64,000 nt of DNA from Scyliorhinus canicula (lineage: Eukaryota): NCBI RefSeq assembly GCF_902713615.1, contig NW_024055445.1, forward strand, positions 1-64,000. The letters run 5' to 3'. Below the pieces are notes generated by a model. It saw nothing but the letters and a program-made list of their open reading frames with translations, had not been told where the DNA came from and did not search any database. This document shows, one piece after another, positions 19,716 to 33,307 of this stretch; the stretch's first letter is position 1; every line of letters begins with the position of its first letter. The translations under genes and the position numbers were made by a program.

Positions 19716-22699
19716 CTTGTGTCACCGTGTCGCCCTCGTCTCATTATATACTTCAAAAATACAAATGTAACTAATATGTCACCTATGTTGACAGGCTTTT
19801 CCCGTTTACCTGATACATGATCCAAAATTCGAATGCCAAATATTGAACGTGACCTTCAGATCTTTAACCGTTTCGTCCTTCGCTATGAAATGGCCGCCTT
19901 CAATCGCATTTACTTTCGTCCTCAATCTGCTTCTTGAATGCTTTCCTTAAACTTACCTGCTTGTCCAATTATTCGACATCTGGCACAATACCTTCTCATG
20001 TGGCGAGGTGTCAAATTTTGATGTATCAATCTTCTCTGAAGCAACTTGAGACACCTTTTGCTTTAAAGGTGCTGCATAAATTTAGGATGGCCTTGCAGCT
20101 ATTTTTAAAACAGAATTGACATTAAAAATCCCAGAATAACTGTGTTAGGTGTCCTCTATAACGAAGATGAACTGGAAAATGTCACAATTATGCCGTGTGC
20201 ATGGTGGAATATGTTTAGTAACTTTATAATTTTAATCTTCTTGTATCTCTCAGTTAACTTGGTGGCGATTGTGGTCCTCTCCAGGGGAAGATGTGGTCTC
20301 TCCAAATGCATCACTCGGTATCTGGTGTCTATGGCAGTGACTGATCTCCTAGTCGTTGTCACCCGCTGTCATATTCAATCGGATTATTGGCATCTATTTT
20401 CCAGTTAGCTTTATGTCATTGACTCCGGCATGCACTCTGAGCACCGTGATAATCTATGCGGCCACCGAGAGTTCTGTCTGGTTAACCGTCGCTTTCACCT
20501 TTGATCGTTATATCGCCATTTGCTCCCAGAAACTGAAGACAAACTATTGCACCGAGAAAACAGCAGCTGTGGTGATAGGAACCGTTTGTTTGTTGAGCTG
20601 TTTCAAAAGCATTCCCTGGTACTTTATGTATGAACCACTCTATATAATGAACAATGTACCGTGGTTTTGTAACATAAAATCAAGCTTCTCCACCTCACTT
20701 GCATGGATAGCCTATGACTGGTTTGCACATGTATTAAATCCAGGTCTGCCCTTCCTCCTGATTTTGCTATTCAATGCTTTGACCGTCAGGCACATTCTGG
20801 CGGCCAGTAGATCCCGCCGGAGACTCCGGGATAACAGCAGTGGTGAGAATCAGAGTGATCCAGAGATGCTGAAGAGGAGGAAGTCTATTGTCTTACTCTT
20901 CGCCATCTCCGGAAGCTTTGTTCTGTTGTGGATGACGTATTTTGTCGATTTCCTGTACGTGAAAATTACAAATGAACCTTATTTGGTAGGATCCAATTTC
21001 AATGACCCCAGATTTATTCGCCAAGAAAGTGGAAACATGCTTCAGCTGCTGAGCAGTTGCACCAACACGTGCATTTATGCAGTGACACAGAGAAAATTCA
21101 GAGAAGAGTTGAGGAATGCGGCAAAATATCTTGGAAATCTCATAGTAAACTTAGTCAAGTAGCAAAGACAAAGGGTTTGGTTTAGATTATAAATCAAAAT
21201 ATATCTTGCAGTTTCAGAATGTTTGCTCTTGACATATGGGGTGAAATTAATCTTCGGCAGCCATTAGGAACCTGCCACCAGTTTTCCCTTCTCTCCGCTG
21301 ACTTGCCAAGTGCCGAAAATTGAACTAGGTGTAGAGTAGACAGTTGGGTTCTAATTACCAGGTTTGTGTGTCCAGCCCTTTCTATTTTGTCTCAACCCTT
21401 CTTCAGAGATTTTCCCTTCGGAACATAAGAAATGAGAGATTCTGCTTTGCCATTTAGTGCGATCGGGACTGAACTTCCAGATGAAATCCATGATTCTGCT
21501 CTGTCCCTTTTTTCTTGAAATCACACAGTGCCTCAAAATCTATCAATATCAACCTTGAATATGTCCACGTACAACGACAACCAAATGACATCGAGAAATC
21601 CAAATTTGTAACTGTGTGAATTCAGCTATTTTCATAACTATAGCCTCAATCCCTTCTCCAGAAAATCTCCAGAATCCTTACTTAACCCTATTTAGGCGGA
21701 GAAACAGCTTCTCAATCAAAATGCTGTTAGGTTCCAAGAGATTTAATAACATTTCAATGAGATCGTTTCCCATGCTTTGAATCTAGAGCTCGACTCATTC
21801 CAGGGAATATTCAGCCAGTCTCTCGCCAGGCTTTCTCCTCCGGTACAAAAAGATAGTATTAGTGTCCTGGTAGATTTTCATTCATTAGAAGTTATAAGCG
21901 AAAAATTAAAATAAGTAAGTAGAATATATTGTTTGACGATTTACCCTGAATGAATCATTGAACAATTTAAGCGAAGGGTGCTGATACCTGTGAGAATCAT
22001 TTTGCACATCAGTTAATTCCACAGGCCTGTATGTTCAACCGATACCTTTGTCTATGTATTTACATTGTGTACCTTGTGTTGCATTGTTACGTATTTTCTT
22101 TTCATGTACTGAATGATTTGTTTGAGCTGCACGCAGAAAAATACTTTTCTCTGTTCCTCTGTCCACGTAACATAAACAAATCCAATCCAATGCCGAACAT
22201 GAACAAACCAATCATGTCAAAGCCCTCAGGATCTTCAACATTTAAGTCAACTCGCTTCTTACTCTTCTAAACTCTCACACACATTCTGTCTATATGCACA
22301 TCTGATTTGAGTTCAGATTTCAATCACAAAGTATTGGACATTACATTCTCAGCAGGCCTGACAGCGTCTCTATAGAGAGAAAGGAGCTAACGTTTCACGT
22401 CTGGATGACTCTGTGTCAAAACTTTGAGCAACAACGTTAGCCGCATCGGCAAATTTGGAAATTTCAATCAATACATAACATGGAAGTTGAATAATACAAA
22501 ACAGTAGTCCTAGTACTGTACTTGAGGGAACATTGTTTACCAGCAAAAACAAGGTTACCTTGACTTTTGTCCCTAAGACAACAGGGGGAGAAAATGAAAT
22601 TGTCCAAATTGCAGTCTCTCCCAAGAATAACTTGGGAGAGACTGCAGACTACACGATACCAAGGAAGAAGGTTATCTCGGATTGCAACGGGACCTTGAT

Positions 22700-23460
22700 C
22701 CATTGGCTGCTGGGCCGATGAATAACACATGATGTTTAATTTAGTTGAATGTGTGGTAGATCGAATCGGGGCAGGATATCCTCACTTAGTGGAAGGGAGT
22801 TGGGCAGAGTTATAGAACAAAGAGGTCAAGGAGTACAGGTTCATAGCTCCTTAAAAGTGGTGTCACGGAGGTCAGGTTGGTGAAGAAGGCACGATTGGTT
22901 TCATTGGTCAGAACATTGAATTCAGGAGTTGGGACATCATGTTGAAATTTGCAAGACATTAGTGAAGCCACACTTGGAGTACAGTGTACAGTTCTGGTCA
23001 GTCTATTATAGAAACGACATTATTATCCGGTTTAGCACAGTGAGCTAAATAGCTGGCTTGGAATGCAGAACAAGGCAGCAGCGCGGGTTCAATTCCCGTG
23101 TCGGCCTCCCCGAACTGGCGCCGGAATGTGGCGATTAGGGGCTTTTCACAGTAACTTCATTGAAGCCTACCTGCGACAATAAGTGATTATTATTATTGCC
23201 GAGAAAGTGCAGAAAAGATTTACTAGGATGCTACCGGACTTGATGGTTTGAGTTATAAGTAGAGGCTGGATAAAGTGGGACTTTTTTTCCCTGGAGCGTC
23301 GATGGCTTTGGGATGATCTCAAAGAGGTCTGTAAAATAATGAGTGGCATAGGCAAGGTAGAGAGGCAATATCTTTCCCCAAAAGTAGGGGAGTCTAAAAC
23401 TAGAGATCATAGGTTTCATGTGTGAGGGAAGAGATACAAAAGGATCCAGAGGTGCACTTT
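22700..23460 (+). mobile_element. CR1 3' fragment containing a family A SINE (23027-23197)
   Basis: CR1 'aagccacacttggagtacagtgtacagttctggtc' motif; the SINE splits it. Confidence 0.7.
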
Positions 23461-23461
23461 T

Positions 23462-26400
23462 TTCTTTTAAAAAAAAAATAATTTTTATTGAAATTTTTAC
23501 AAAATATAAACATCACAACAATATTAACAAAACAACCGCGGTAACAACCCAAGAACAATACCCACCGAACTTCAAAAGCAACTACAAGCAAAAGAAAAAA
23601 CAAAAGAACACCCAAACAACAAAAGGGAAAGAGATAACACCCGCCACATCCCACAAACCCATGTAGACAGTTCTCCCTCCCCCAGCACTGGGCATGCCCA
23701 AAACATATGGGTGTGGTTCGCTGGGCTCCCCGAGCACCTAGCACACCTAGCACACCTGTCCTCGCCCCCGAAACACCTACTCATCTCGTCCCAGTCATGT
23801 GGGCCCTATGCAGCATCTCGAACTGTATGAGGCTAAGCCTTGTGCAAGAAGAGGAGGAATTCACTCTCTCCAGGGCATCCGCCCACGTCCCCTCCTCAAT
23901 CTCCTCACCCAGCTCCTCTTCCCATTTACCCTTCAGTTCCTCCAGCGAGGCCTCGTCTACCTCCTGCATCACCCGGTATATGTCCGAAATTCTCCCTCCT
24001 CCAACCCACACCCCTGAGAGCACCCTGTCCCGCACCCCACGTGGGGGCAGCAAGGGGAACTCCTCCACCTGCTGCCTGGCAAACACCCTCACCTGTATGT
24101 ACCTAAACATGTTCCCCGGGGGAGCCCAAACTTCCCCTCTAACTCCCCCAAGCTTGCGAACCTCCCCTCCACAAACAGATACCTCAACCTCCTAACCCCT
24201 GAACAGGAACAAAAGCCTCGCGAGCACCGTCATCTTAACGGACTGCACCCTCCCCGCCAGTGACAGTGGTAACATATCCCACCTCTTAAACTCATCCTCC
24301 ATCTGCTCCACCAACCTTGTGAGGTTTCTTTAGAATAGAATAGAATAGTACAGCACAGAACAGGCCCTTCGGCCCTCGATGTTGTGCCGAGCAATGATCA
24401 CCCTACTCAAACCCACACATCTACCCTATACCCGTAACCCAACAACCCCCCCCCACTAACCTGAAGGTTGAGCTTGTGCAGGGCCCCCCAACTCCCAGCC
24501 ACCTGGACACCTAGGTACCTGCAGCTCTTCCCTCCCTGCTTCAGTGGGAGCCTACCAATCCCCTCCTACTGATCCCCGGGTGCACCACAAACAACTCACT
24601 CTTGCCCAGGTTCAACTTATACCCAGAGAAACCCCCGAATTCACTAAGAATCCTCATCACCTCCGGCATCCCCCCAGCGGGTCCGCCACATACAGCAACA
24701 AGTCGTCCGCATAAAGCGACACTCGATGCTCCTCCCCACCCCGTACCAGGCCCCTCCAGTTTCCTGACTCCCTCAACGCCATGGCCAGGGACTCAATCGC
24801 CAATGTGAAGAGCAAGGGGGACAGGGGGCACCCCTGTCTCGTCCCCCAGTACAGCCGAAAGTACTCCGACCTCCTCCTATTTGTGGCTACACTCACCACC
24901 GGGGCCTCGTAGAGCAGCCTCACCCACCGGATAAACCCCTCCCCAAACCCAAACCTCTCCAACACCTCCCACAGATACTCCCGCTCAACCCTATCAAAGG
25001 CCTTCTCCGCATCCAATGCCACCACTATCTCCGCCTCCCCTTCCACGGCTGGCATCATAAAGACATTGAGGAGCCTTCGCACGTTCGTATTCAACTGCCT
25101 TCCCTTCACTAACCCCGTCTGGTCCACATGAATGACCCCGGGCACGCAATCCTCTATTCTAGTGGCCAGGATCTTTGCCAGCAGCTTAGCGTCGGCGTTT
25201 CGCAGCGAAATCGGCCTCTGTGACCCGCACTGCAGAGGGTCCTTGTCCCGCTTCAGGATCAAGGAAATCACCGCCCGTGACATAGTTGGGGGCAAAGCCC
25301 CCCCCCCACCCCCCCTTGCCTCGTTAAAGGTCCGGACCAACAGGGGACCCACAGGTCCACATACCTTTTATAAAATTCCGCCGGAAACCCGTCCAGCCCC
25401 GGCGCCTTCCCCGACTGCATGCTCCCTATCCCTTTGACCACCTCCTCCAGCTCGATCGGCACCCCCAGTCCCTCCACCTGCCCCTCCTCCACCCTCGGGA
25501 ATCGCAGTTTGTCCAAGAAGCGCCCCATTCCACCCCCTCCACCGTGGGTTCTGACCGGTAAAGTTCCCCATAGAAGCCCCTGAAGACCCCATTAACATCT
25601 ACCCCCCTCCGCACCACCTTCCCAGCCTTATCCGTCACTCCCCCAATCTCCCTGGCCGCATCCCGCTTTCGGAGCTGGTGTGCCAGCATCCTGCTCGCCT
25701 TCTCCCCATAATCATACACCGCCCCCTGTGCTTTCCTCCACTGAGATTCCGCCTTTCTGGTAGTCAATAGGTCGAACCTGGCCTGAAGGCTACGCCTCTC
25801 CCCCAGCAATCCCTCCTCCGGAGCCTCCGCTTATCTCCTATCCACCCTCACCATCTCCCCTATCAGTCTCTCCCTCTCCCTCTGATCCCCCCTCTCCCTA
25901 TGGGTTCGGATGGAAACCAACTTCCCTCTAGTCACCACCTTCAATGCCTCCCAGACCGTCCCCACTCGGACGTCCCCGTTGTCATTGGCCTCAAGGTACC
26001 TCTCGATACACCCCGAACCCTCTCGGCCACCTCCTCATCTGCCAGCAGCCCCACCTCCAAGTGCCAGAGCGGACGTTGGTCCCTCCCTTCTCCCAGCCCG
26101 AGGTCCACCCAGTGCGGGGCATGATCTGAAATGGCAATGGTGGAGTATTCCACATCCTCCACCCTCGAAACCAACCCCCTGCTCAGGACAAAGAAATCAA
26201 TCCTCGAGTAGGTCTTATGTATGTGGGAGAAAAACGAGTACTCCCTGGCCCTTTGCCTCGCAAACCTCCAGGGATCCCCCCCCCCCCCCCCCCACCCCCA
26301 AATCTGGTCCATAAATCCCCTCAACATCTTAGCTGCCACCGGCCTCCTACCTGTCCGGGACTTGGATCGATCCAATGGGGGATCCAGTACCGTGTTGAAT

Positions 26401-28488
26401 CCCCCACCATCAGGCCCCCCACCTCCAGGTCCGGAATGCGGCCCAACATAGGCCACATAAACCCCGCATCGTCCCAATTTGGGGCGTAAACACTCACCAA
26501 CACCACCCGCTCCCTCTGCAGCTTACTACTCACCATCACATATCTCCCGCCACTGTCAGCCACCATATTTAATGCCTCAAACAACACCTTCTTCCCCACC
26601 AGTATCTCCACCCCCCTACTCTTTCATCCAGCCCTGAGTGAAATACTTGGCGCACACATCCCTTCCTCAGCCGAACCTGGTCCGCCACTTTCAGGTGTGT
26701 CTCTTGAAGCATGGCCACATCCGGCTTCAGCCCCTTGAGGTGCGCAAACACCCGGGCCCATTTGATCGGCCCATTCAGCCCCCTCACATTCCAGGTTATC
26801 AGCTGGATCAGAGGGCTCCCTGCCCCCCTCCCTGCCGATTAGCCATACCCCATCCCTTGCCCACCACCGGCCAGCGTCCCCCGCTCTACCAGTTCCCCAC
26901 GGCGGCACCTCCCCCCCCTCCAGCACCCCCTGCGTCCTCCAGCTCCTTCCTGACCATTTCAGCAGCAACCCGGTACCCCCCCCCAAGCCTAGGACCCCGT
27001 AATAGCTGCGCCCCTCCCTCCTTAGCACTCTCGTGAGCCAACTAACTTCTGCTGTCCCCGCGACTCCAGCCTTGCCTCTGACTCCTCCCCACGTGGTACT
27101 ACCCCTCCTCCATCGTGCCCGTCAACGGGTCCTCCTCCCCCCCACCCATGCTCTTGCGCGGGAAAAGAAAACAGCCAGCAACGACCCGCGCTTCTCAGCC
27201 CCGACGCCGCCCCCACCATCTCCCAGTGCGGGAAACCCGCAGAAAGCCCGTGCTTTCGCCCTGCCTGGCCCCGCCTCCTCTAGGGCAACTCCCATTGTCA
27301 GTCCCCCCCCCATCAGCTCCCCGAACTCCCCGTTTACCCCCCTGCCCGAACCCGTCCACCAGACCCCTACAGAAAAACCCATACAGAAAAGACAAATCGA
27401 CATCACCCCACCCACCCTAAGGCCAACCCACATCTTACATTAAACCAAGCAAATACAAGTACAGTATTATACAGTATCCCCCATCTTAGACCCTCAGTTT
27501 GAGTCCAATTTTGCGGCCTGCACAAAGGCCCACGCCTCCTCCGGGGACTCAAAATAATGGTACTGATCCTTCTAGGTGACCCAGAGATGCGCCGGCTGCA
27601 ACATGCCGAACTTCACACTCCATCTGTGGAGCACCGCCTTTGTCCGGTTAAACGCGGCCCTCCGCCTCGCCACCTCCGCACTCCAGTCCTGGAAGATCCG
27701 CACCTCCGTGTTCTCCCACTTGCTGCTCCGCTCCTTCTTGGCCCACCAGAGCACACACTCACGGTCCACGAACCGATGAAACCGCACCAACACCGCCCGG
27801 GGCGGCTCGTTCGGCTTGGGCCTCCTAGTCAGAATTCTGTAGGCCCCCTCTAACTCCAGGGGCCCCTGGAAGGACCCAGCTCCCATCAGCGAGTTTAACA
27901 TAACCACCACATAGGCCGCTAGGTCCGACCCTTACAGTCCCTCCATGAGGCCCAGGATCCGCAAATTCTTCTGCCTCGACCGGTTGTCCAGCTCCTCGAA
28001 CCGCTCCTGCCATATTTTATGGAGCGCCTCGTGAATCACCACCTTCCCCGCGACGGGCACGGCCTCATCCTCCCTATCGGAGGCCTGCTGCTGCAGCTCC
28101 CGGATCGCAGCCCCCTGGGCCGTCTGGGTCTCCATCAGCTCCCTGGTGGTTACCTTCAACGACTCCAGCAGCTCCAATTTAAGCTCCTGGAAGCAGCTCA
28201 GCAGAGTCGCCTGCTGCTCCTGGGCCCACTGCCTCCAGTCCTCCGGGTCTCTGCCGGCCGCCATTTTGTCTTCCTTCCCCCGCTTTTTCGGGGGTGCTTT
28301 CTCCGGTTTTCTCCTTACCCCACTCCTGGTCCGGACCATAGGACCGTAGGGGTCGACTGCTGTCCTCTTCCCACGTCGGGATTTGCCGACACAGCTCCGT
28401 TGGGAGCACCGAAAAGAGCCCCAAAGTCCGTTTCGAGCGGGAGCTGCCGAATGAGCGGCTTTGCTCCGCATTGCCGCCACCGGAAGTC
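23462..28488 (-). mobile_element. near-full-length decayed L1 LINE
   Basis: ORF1 remnants (27572-28480 'NRSRQKNLRILGL', 'RAVLVRFHRF'), endonuclease (26569..26787 'RGLNGPIK..MLQETHL'), RT (24657..25352 'GTRQGCPLSPLLF', 'YADDLLL'); A-rich 3' end at ~23462-23490; many frameshifts; SINE-like insert at ~24331-24460. Confidence 0.9.
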
Positions 28489-28749
28489 ATTCTTCTGCCT
28501 TTATTTAGATCGGCCCTCTATAGTTTAACAAATCGCAGTGTAGATAATAGACGGAATTGTCCTGGTCTTTATTTCTCATCAATCGTTGTATTATCTAAGG
28601 ATCTGCTCGAGGAAACAGCTCCGCGTGATCTTCATTAACAACCCATTTACATTTCAGCAGCTCCGATCAGTCTCTCCTTCACTTTCTTTGACCGAAGGAG
28701 AGGCGGCCGTGCGGCGCTATCGTCAGTTTCCCTGCCTCAGACCCCTTAG

Positions 28750-30640
28750 TCGTCCAGTTTTACAGCAAAGAACAGGCCCTTTGGCCCATTGTGTTTGCCC
28801 CGGCCATCAAGTATCCATCTAGTCTAAAGCAATTTCCTCGCACTTGGTCCGTAGCTTTGTATGTTATGGCGTTTCAAGTCCTCATCTCAACGCTTCTTAA
28901 GTTTTGTGAGTTTTCCCGCCTCGGGAACACAGACAATATGTTCCAGGTTCTAACTACGCTTAAATTCCTTCCAAATTCCTACCCCTTAACTTAAATCTAT
29001 GCCCCCTGGTTTTTGCCCGCTCCACTGAGGGGAAAAGTGTCTTCCTATCTATGTTCCTCAGAATTCTGAACACCTCGATCAGATCCTCTGCAACATTCTC
29101 TGCTTTAAGGTCAATAATCCCAGCCTATTCAGCCTCTCTTCACAACTGAAACACTCCTGCTCAGAAAACTTCCTGATTAATCTCCTCTGCACCCTCTCTG
29201 GTGCAATCACTTTCTTCCCATAATGTGGTGACCAGATGTGCAGAAAATACTCCAGCTGCGGGCTCACCAGCATTCTACACAGCTCCATAATAACCTCCAT
29301 ACTCTTCTAGTCCATGCCTCGGGGCTGGGAGGGGAGTTCTATAGCAGATGGTATGTGTGGGCACCTCATCTGGACATCAAGGGGTTGTGATGCTAGGTGC
29401 CAGTGAGCTCTGAGGAGCAAGCACAAAGACCAGTGCGTGCAAGGTGTCAGCCAGCCATGTGTTGGGGGGTAGGGGGGGTTGGATTTGAGGGGTGGCAGGC
29501 GGACCTGATGCCAACAGAGAGGTGGAAACTTACCCTTGCAGGTCACTGGAGGTCATTGGTCTTTTTCCTACATTGGACGACTGTCCCCCTTGCCATGCTG
29601 TCCCACTGACAGTCAATGTCACTGCCTCCCAGGTGGTATTGGTGCCTCTGCTGTTGGCCCTCTGACCCCCCCCCCCTCCCCCCCCCCCCCCCCGCGGAAC
29701 AGGATGTCCCGTCTCATGCATCCACAGCATCGAGAAGCTTGGCCAGGTTGGCATCGCCAAAGCGAGGTGCAGCTCTACATATTGCCATGCTTGTGTGTTG
29801 ACTGCAGTGAATGGTGAGGGAGGATTTAAGAGCAGCCGGCTCCCCTCCTTTGATGAGGTGCGGATCCAGCGAATCTGACGACGTGGCAGCCAGTAATGGT
29901 GAGAAGCTGATGGGGGCTACTTTCCAACACCGAGTGCCCTTAAATACGGGCTGCGATCTCGCCAATGCGGCCATTGAGAAACATTCTGACAATTGCGCCC
30001 CAAACGACACTTTTTTCCCTTTAAATCACGCTGTAGGTTTATTTACTTTATCATGACACTGCTAAAATAACACTAATCGAAAGGAAAAAATATATATTCA
30101 TATAACATGACCTTCTCGCATCTCTCAGAATCACCTCCAAGCACTTAGTGCATATCCAATGAGTTTCTTAAATATACGTTGTCTCATTAATCTCCTCTGC
30201 ACTTCTCTGGTGCAATCGCATCCTTCCCATAATGTGACGACCAGATGTGCACAGAATACGCCAGCTGCGGGCTAACCAGCGTTTTATACAGCTCCATGAT
30301 AACCTCCCGACTCTTATATTCCATGCGTCGGCTAATAAAGACAAGCATCCCATATGTCATCTTCACCACCTTAAGTCCTTGTCCTGTTGCCTTCGGGGAT
30401 CTACGGACATGAACCCCAAGCTTCCCCCTTGCTTCTATACTTCTTGGCGACCTACCGTTCATTGTGTATTTTCTTGCATTGTTAGTCCTCCCAAAATGCA
30501 CCATCTCACCCTTTTCAGGGTTAAATTTCATTTGCCACTGTTCTGCCCATCTGGCCCCTCCGTCTATATCATCCTGTAATCTAAACCTTTCCTCCTCACT
30601 ATTTAGCACACCAGCCATTTTTATGTTGTCTGCGAATGAA
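28750..30640 (-). mobile_element. CR1 3' fragments (28750-29310, 30110-30640) flanking an unclassified repeat
   Basis: ORFs 29079..29300 and 30187..30657 ('RLQDDIDG..RWAEQWQMKFNPEK'). Confidence 0.7.
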
Positions 30641-30935
30641 GGTTGGGGATGGCTCATGGGACTGGAAATCCAGAACGCACTGGATTCCTGTTCGAGCTCT
30701 GGAATAGGTGCGACCGGACCCCCAGTGCAATGCGTTGGGCCTGGGTCAGAGAAAGAAATAATGAGCAGGGTCCAGATTTAAATAGTCAATTCCCATTCCT
30801 GACATTGATGTTCTGACAAACAAATCAATAATTACAGTGTTAATGTAAGCCTACTTGTGACGATAAAGATTACTATAGTATAAACCTTAAGTCCATCCAA
30901 TAACCCCCATTCGGAACCGGATTGAACATAATCCA

Positions 30936-30949
30936 CCAGCAGAGGGCGC
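30936..30949 (+). promoter_or_regulatory. CTCF-consensus motif CCAGCAGAGGGCGC
   Basis: Near-perfect CTCF core ~1 kb upstream of the + strand V. Confidence 0.65.
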
Positions 30950-31205
30950 AAAGCCCAAGCTTGATGATTGGAAAGTCACATGAGACCAACAACAGAGGTA
31001 TCCTCAGTGATGTCACAATGGGCCTGGCCCCCTGCTGTGTCTGGTGGAACAATGAGCTGAACAGAACCCGGTTCCCTCTCCCCTTCCAAAAATCTGACTC
31101 ATTTCATTCCCATTCACTGAGCGATTCAATCAGACACGTTTCTCATAATACTGGCGGTGCTCTTGCGCAATAAGTACTAAATTATACTCATCAGTACAGT
31201 TTAGC

Positions 31206-31427
31206 TCAGGTGCTGTTTAGCTCACAGGGCTAATCGCTGGCTTTGAAAGCAGACCAAGGCAAGCCAGCAGCACTGTTCGATTCCCGTAATCGCTGGCTTT
31301 GAAAGCAGACCAAGGCAAGCCAGCAGCACTGTTCGATTCCCGTAACAGCCTCCCCGAACAGGCGACTAGGGGCTTTTCACAGTAACTTCATTTGAAGCCT
31401 ACTCGTGACAATAAGCTATTTTCATTT
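31206..31427 (+). mobile_element. family A SINE with an internal ~53-bp tandem duplication
   Basis: taatcgctggctttgaaagcagaccaaggcaagccagcagcactgttcgattcccg occurs twice. Confidence 0.75.
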
Positions 31428-31810
31428 AACAGATTGATGAGAATTTACGCACACTCATACAGTTAATAGAGGTTTACCTCCATCAGACGGGTTAATTTCA
31501 TCCCAGGCCCACGAAGAACAAACATTAGCAGATTTATTTATCCTTCTGCTCTTTTGATGCTCTACATCGACAGGCAGACTATTTGCAGATCCAGTGACAC
31601 AGTGTCTAGTGTCAGAAGCCGTGTTTAAAGGGGCCTCGGTTGCTTTATGGCCCTCCCGCTCGATTTCTTCTCAGTGGCTTGAACAGTGAGCAGGTGCAGG
31701 ATGGTCACAGTCAGCGCACACGTCACTCTGAGTCTGCGGTATCCCCGCCCACAGCTTGCGGTTGCTGCTCTCGCTCTGACACAATTGTGTCAGTGGAGAA
31801 GTTGCTGTCG

Positions 31811-31918
31811 CTGCCATTGGCTGGATCAGCAGTGTAGTGTGACGGGGGTCTGCATTTCTGCCTCTGCCATTGGCTGGATGAGCAATGCAGTGTGACGGGG
31901 ATCGGTATTTTTGCCTCT
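31811..31918 (+). promoter_or_regulatory. duplicated 53-bp V promoter module (reverse CCAAT plus TGACG half-CRE)
   Basis: ctgccattggctggat..gtgtgacgggg..gcctct twice, 45-150 bp upstream of the ATG at 31962. Confidence 0.55.
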
Positions 31919-31961
31919 GACAGAGGATTCCTCTCACTGCAGAGTTCCAGACTCAGGAAGG

Positions 31962-32466
31962 ATGATGGAGAACCGGCTCGGTCAGATGCTCATCATTATT
32001 TCACTTCTCAGTAAGTATTTCCTTCCCAGTAAAACTCCATTCTCCTCCTGGCTGCTGTAACCCTGACGTTATTGTTGGTGAAAACAATAATGACGTTGAA
32101 GATTAAGTTGATCAATTTGAAGCTGATACTGATCGTTGCTCTTAATCTAATTTTTACGTCAGATTGGAGCCATCAGGACACAGTGGAGCAGCCGGATGCT
32201 GAAATAAAGATTGAAGAAGAAAGTAATGTCACACTAACCTGTAACTTGAAGACAAGCACTTCTAACCCGTATGTGCACTGGTACAGTCAGAGTCCCGGGA
32301 AGTGTCCACAATACATTCTTCATGTTCTGGGAAAGAACATTTACAGACACCCTGACATCACCGATCGCGTTTCAGCTACCTTAAATCAAACTGCAAAGCT
32401 TAGCGAGCTAATGATAGGCAACACGCTGATGTCTGATCGCGCACTGTATCTTTGTGCCTTGCAGCC
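31962..32466 (+). CDS. TCR alpha/delta V segment, apparently intact
   Basis: Leader MMENRLGQMLIIISLL (31962-32010, GTAAGT). V exon 32163-32466: NWSHQDTVEQP...VTLTC...VHWYSQ...DRALYLCALQP. RSS CACACTG-22-ACAAAAACC at 32467-32504. Confidence 0.9.
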
Positions 32467-32579
32467 CACACTGCTACAGATATAGCGGGTCCCGTACAAA
32501 AACCCAACAGTCAGGGTTCCAGTTAGTAGTCAGCAAAGAAACAATAATCCAGCCTCCATAGTGATAGTCACAGTAGGAG

Positions 32580-33060
32580 ACCATTAGAAAATTGCAACAA
32601 ATCGCGCCCTACTGCACAGTATCCCAGATGTGATCCCACTCATACCCTCTATAACTGAAGCATAACCTTCATGTTTTTGTGATGAATTCACCTCACAATG
32701 AACAACAATATTCCCATTATTTGCTACACCTGTAAACTGGCGTTTGTGATTCACGCACTCGAAACCCAGATCCCTCTGAATCTCAGTCCACTGCAATTCC
32801 TCAGATAGTCAGCTTCTCTGTGTGTCTAACTCCCAAAATTAATAATTTCATATTTTCCACATTATATTCTGTTTGCCAGATCTTTGTCCATTCACTTACC
32901 CTATCCATGTCCTTTTATAGGCCCCTAAGGTCTTCTTCAACATTTACTTTCCTACATCTCTCTCTGTGGTCAGCAGATTGAGCAACTATATCGTCCAAGT
33001 CATTTATCTAAATTGTAACCGTTCGAAGGCCCAGCACTAACCACATCCTGACAAACAGAA
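32580..33060 (-). mobile_element. CR1 3' fragment
   Basis: 'MQWTEIQRDLGFECVNH' remnant. Confidence 0.55.
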
Positions 33061-33293
33061 AAAAAATCCAGTTTGATGTTCGTTGTGAATTTCAGGAAAA
33101 GGTTACAGCAATACAGATTCCGGGACCCCAGCTGAGGCAGCAATAACAAACTGGGAAAGATCTCCACTATCACAGGGCAGAAAATGTGTATCAGAGTTTG
33201 AACAAGCTGTCGTCAGGACGGCAGCTCGCAGCGTTACCGCATGTACTTTGTCGATAGTTTGATGTTGATAACAGGAAATACTTTGGGACCACC

Positions 33294-33307
33294 TCGCCCT
33301 CTGGCGG
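33294..33307 (-). promoter_or_regulatory. CTCF-consensus motif CCGCCAGAGGGCGA
   Basis: Reverse-strand core ~470 bp downstream of the - strand V RSS. Confidence 0.55.

Larger units (their letters stand above)
16665..21162 (+). pseudogene. GPR139-like class A GPCR, two exons, frameshifted
   Basis: Exon 1 16665-16731 (MHGQITGVI..AIYYPILAAI.VP, GTAAGT donor; three apparent 1-nt deletions). Exon 2 from 20254 after AG: VNLVAIVVLSRGRCGLSKCITRYLVSMAVTDLLVV, +1 C at 20362-20364, then TM3 'AFTFDRYIAIC' through TM7 'SSCTNTCIYAVTQRKFREEL', stop at 21162. Confidence 0.8.
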
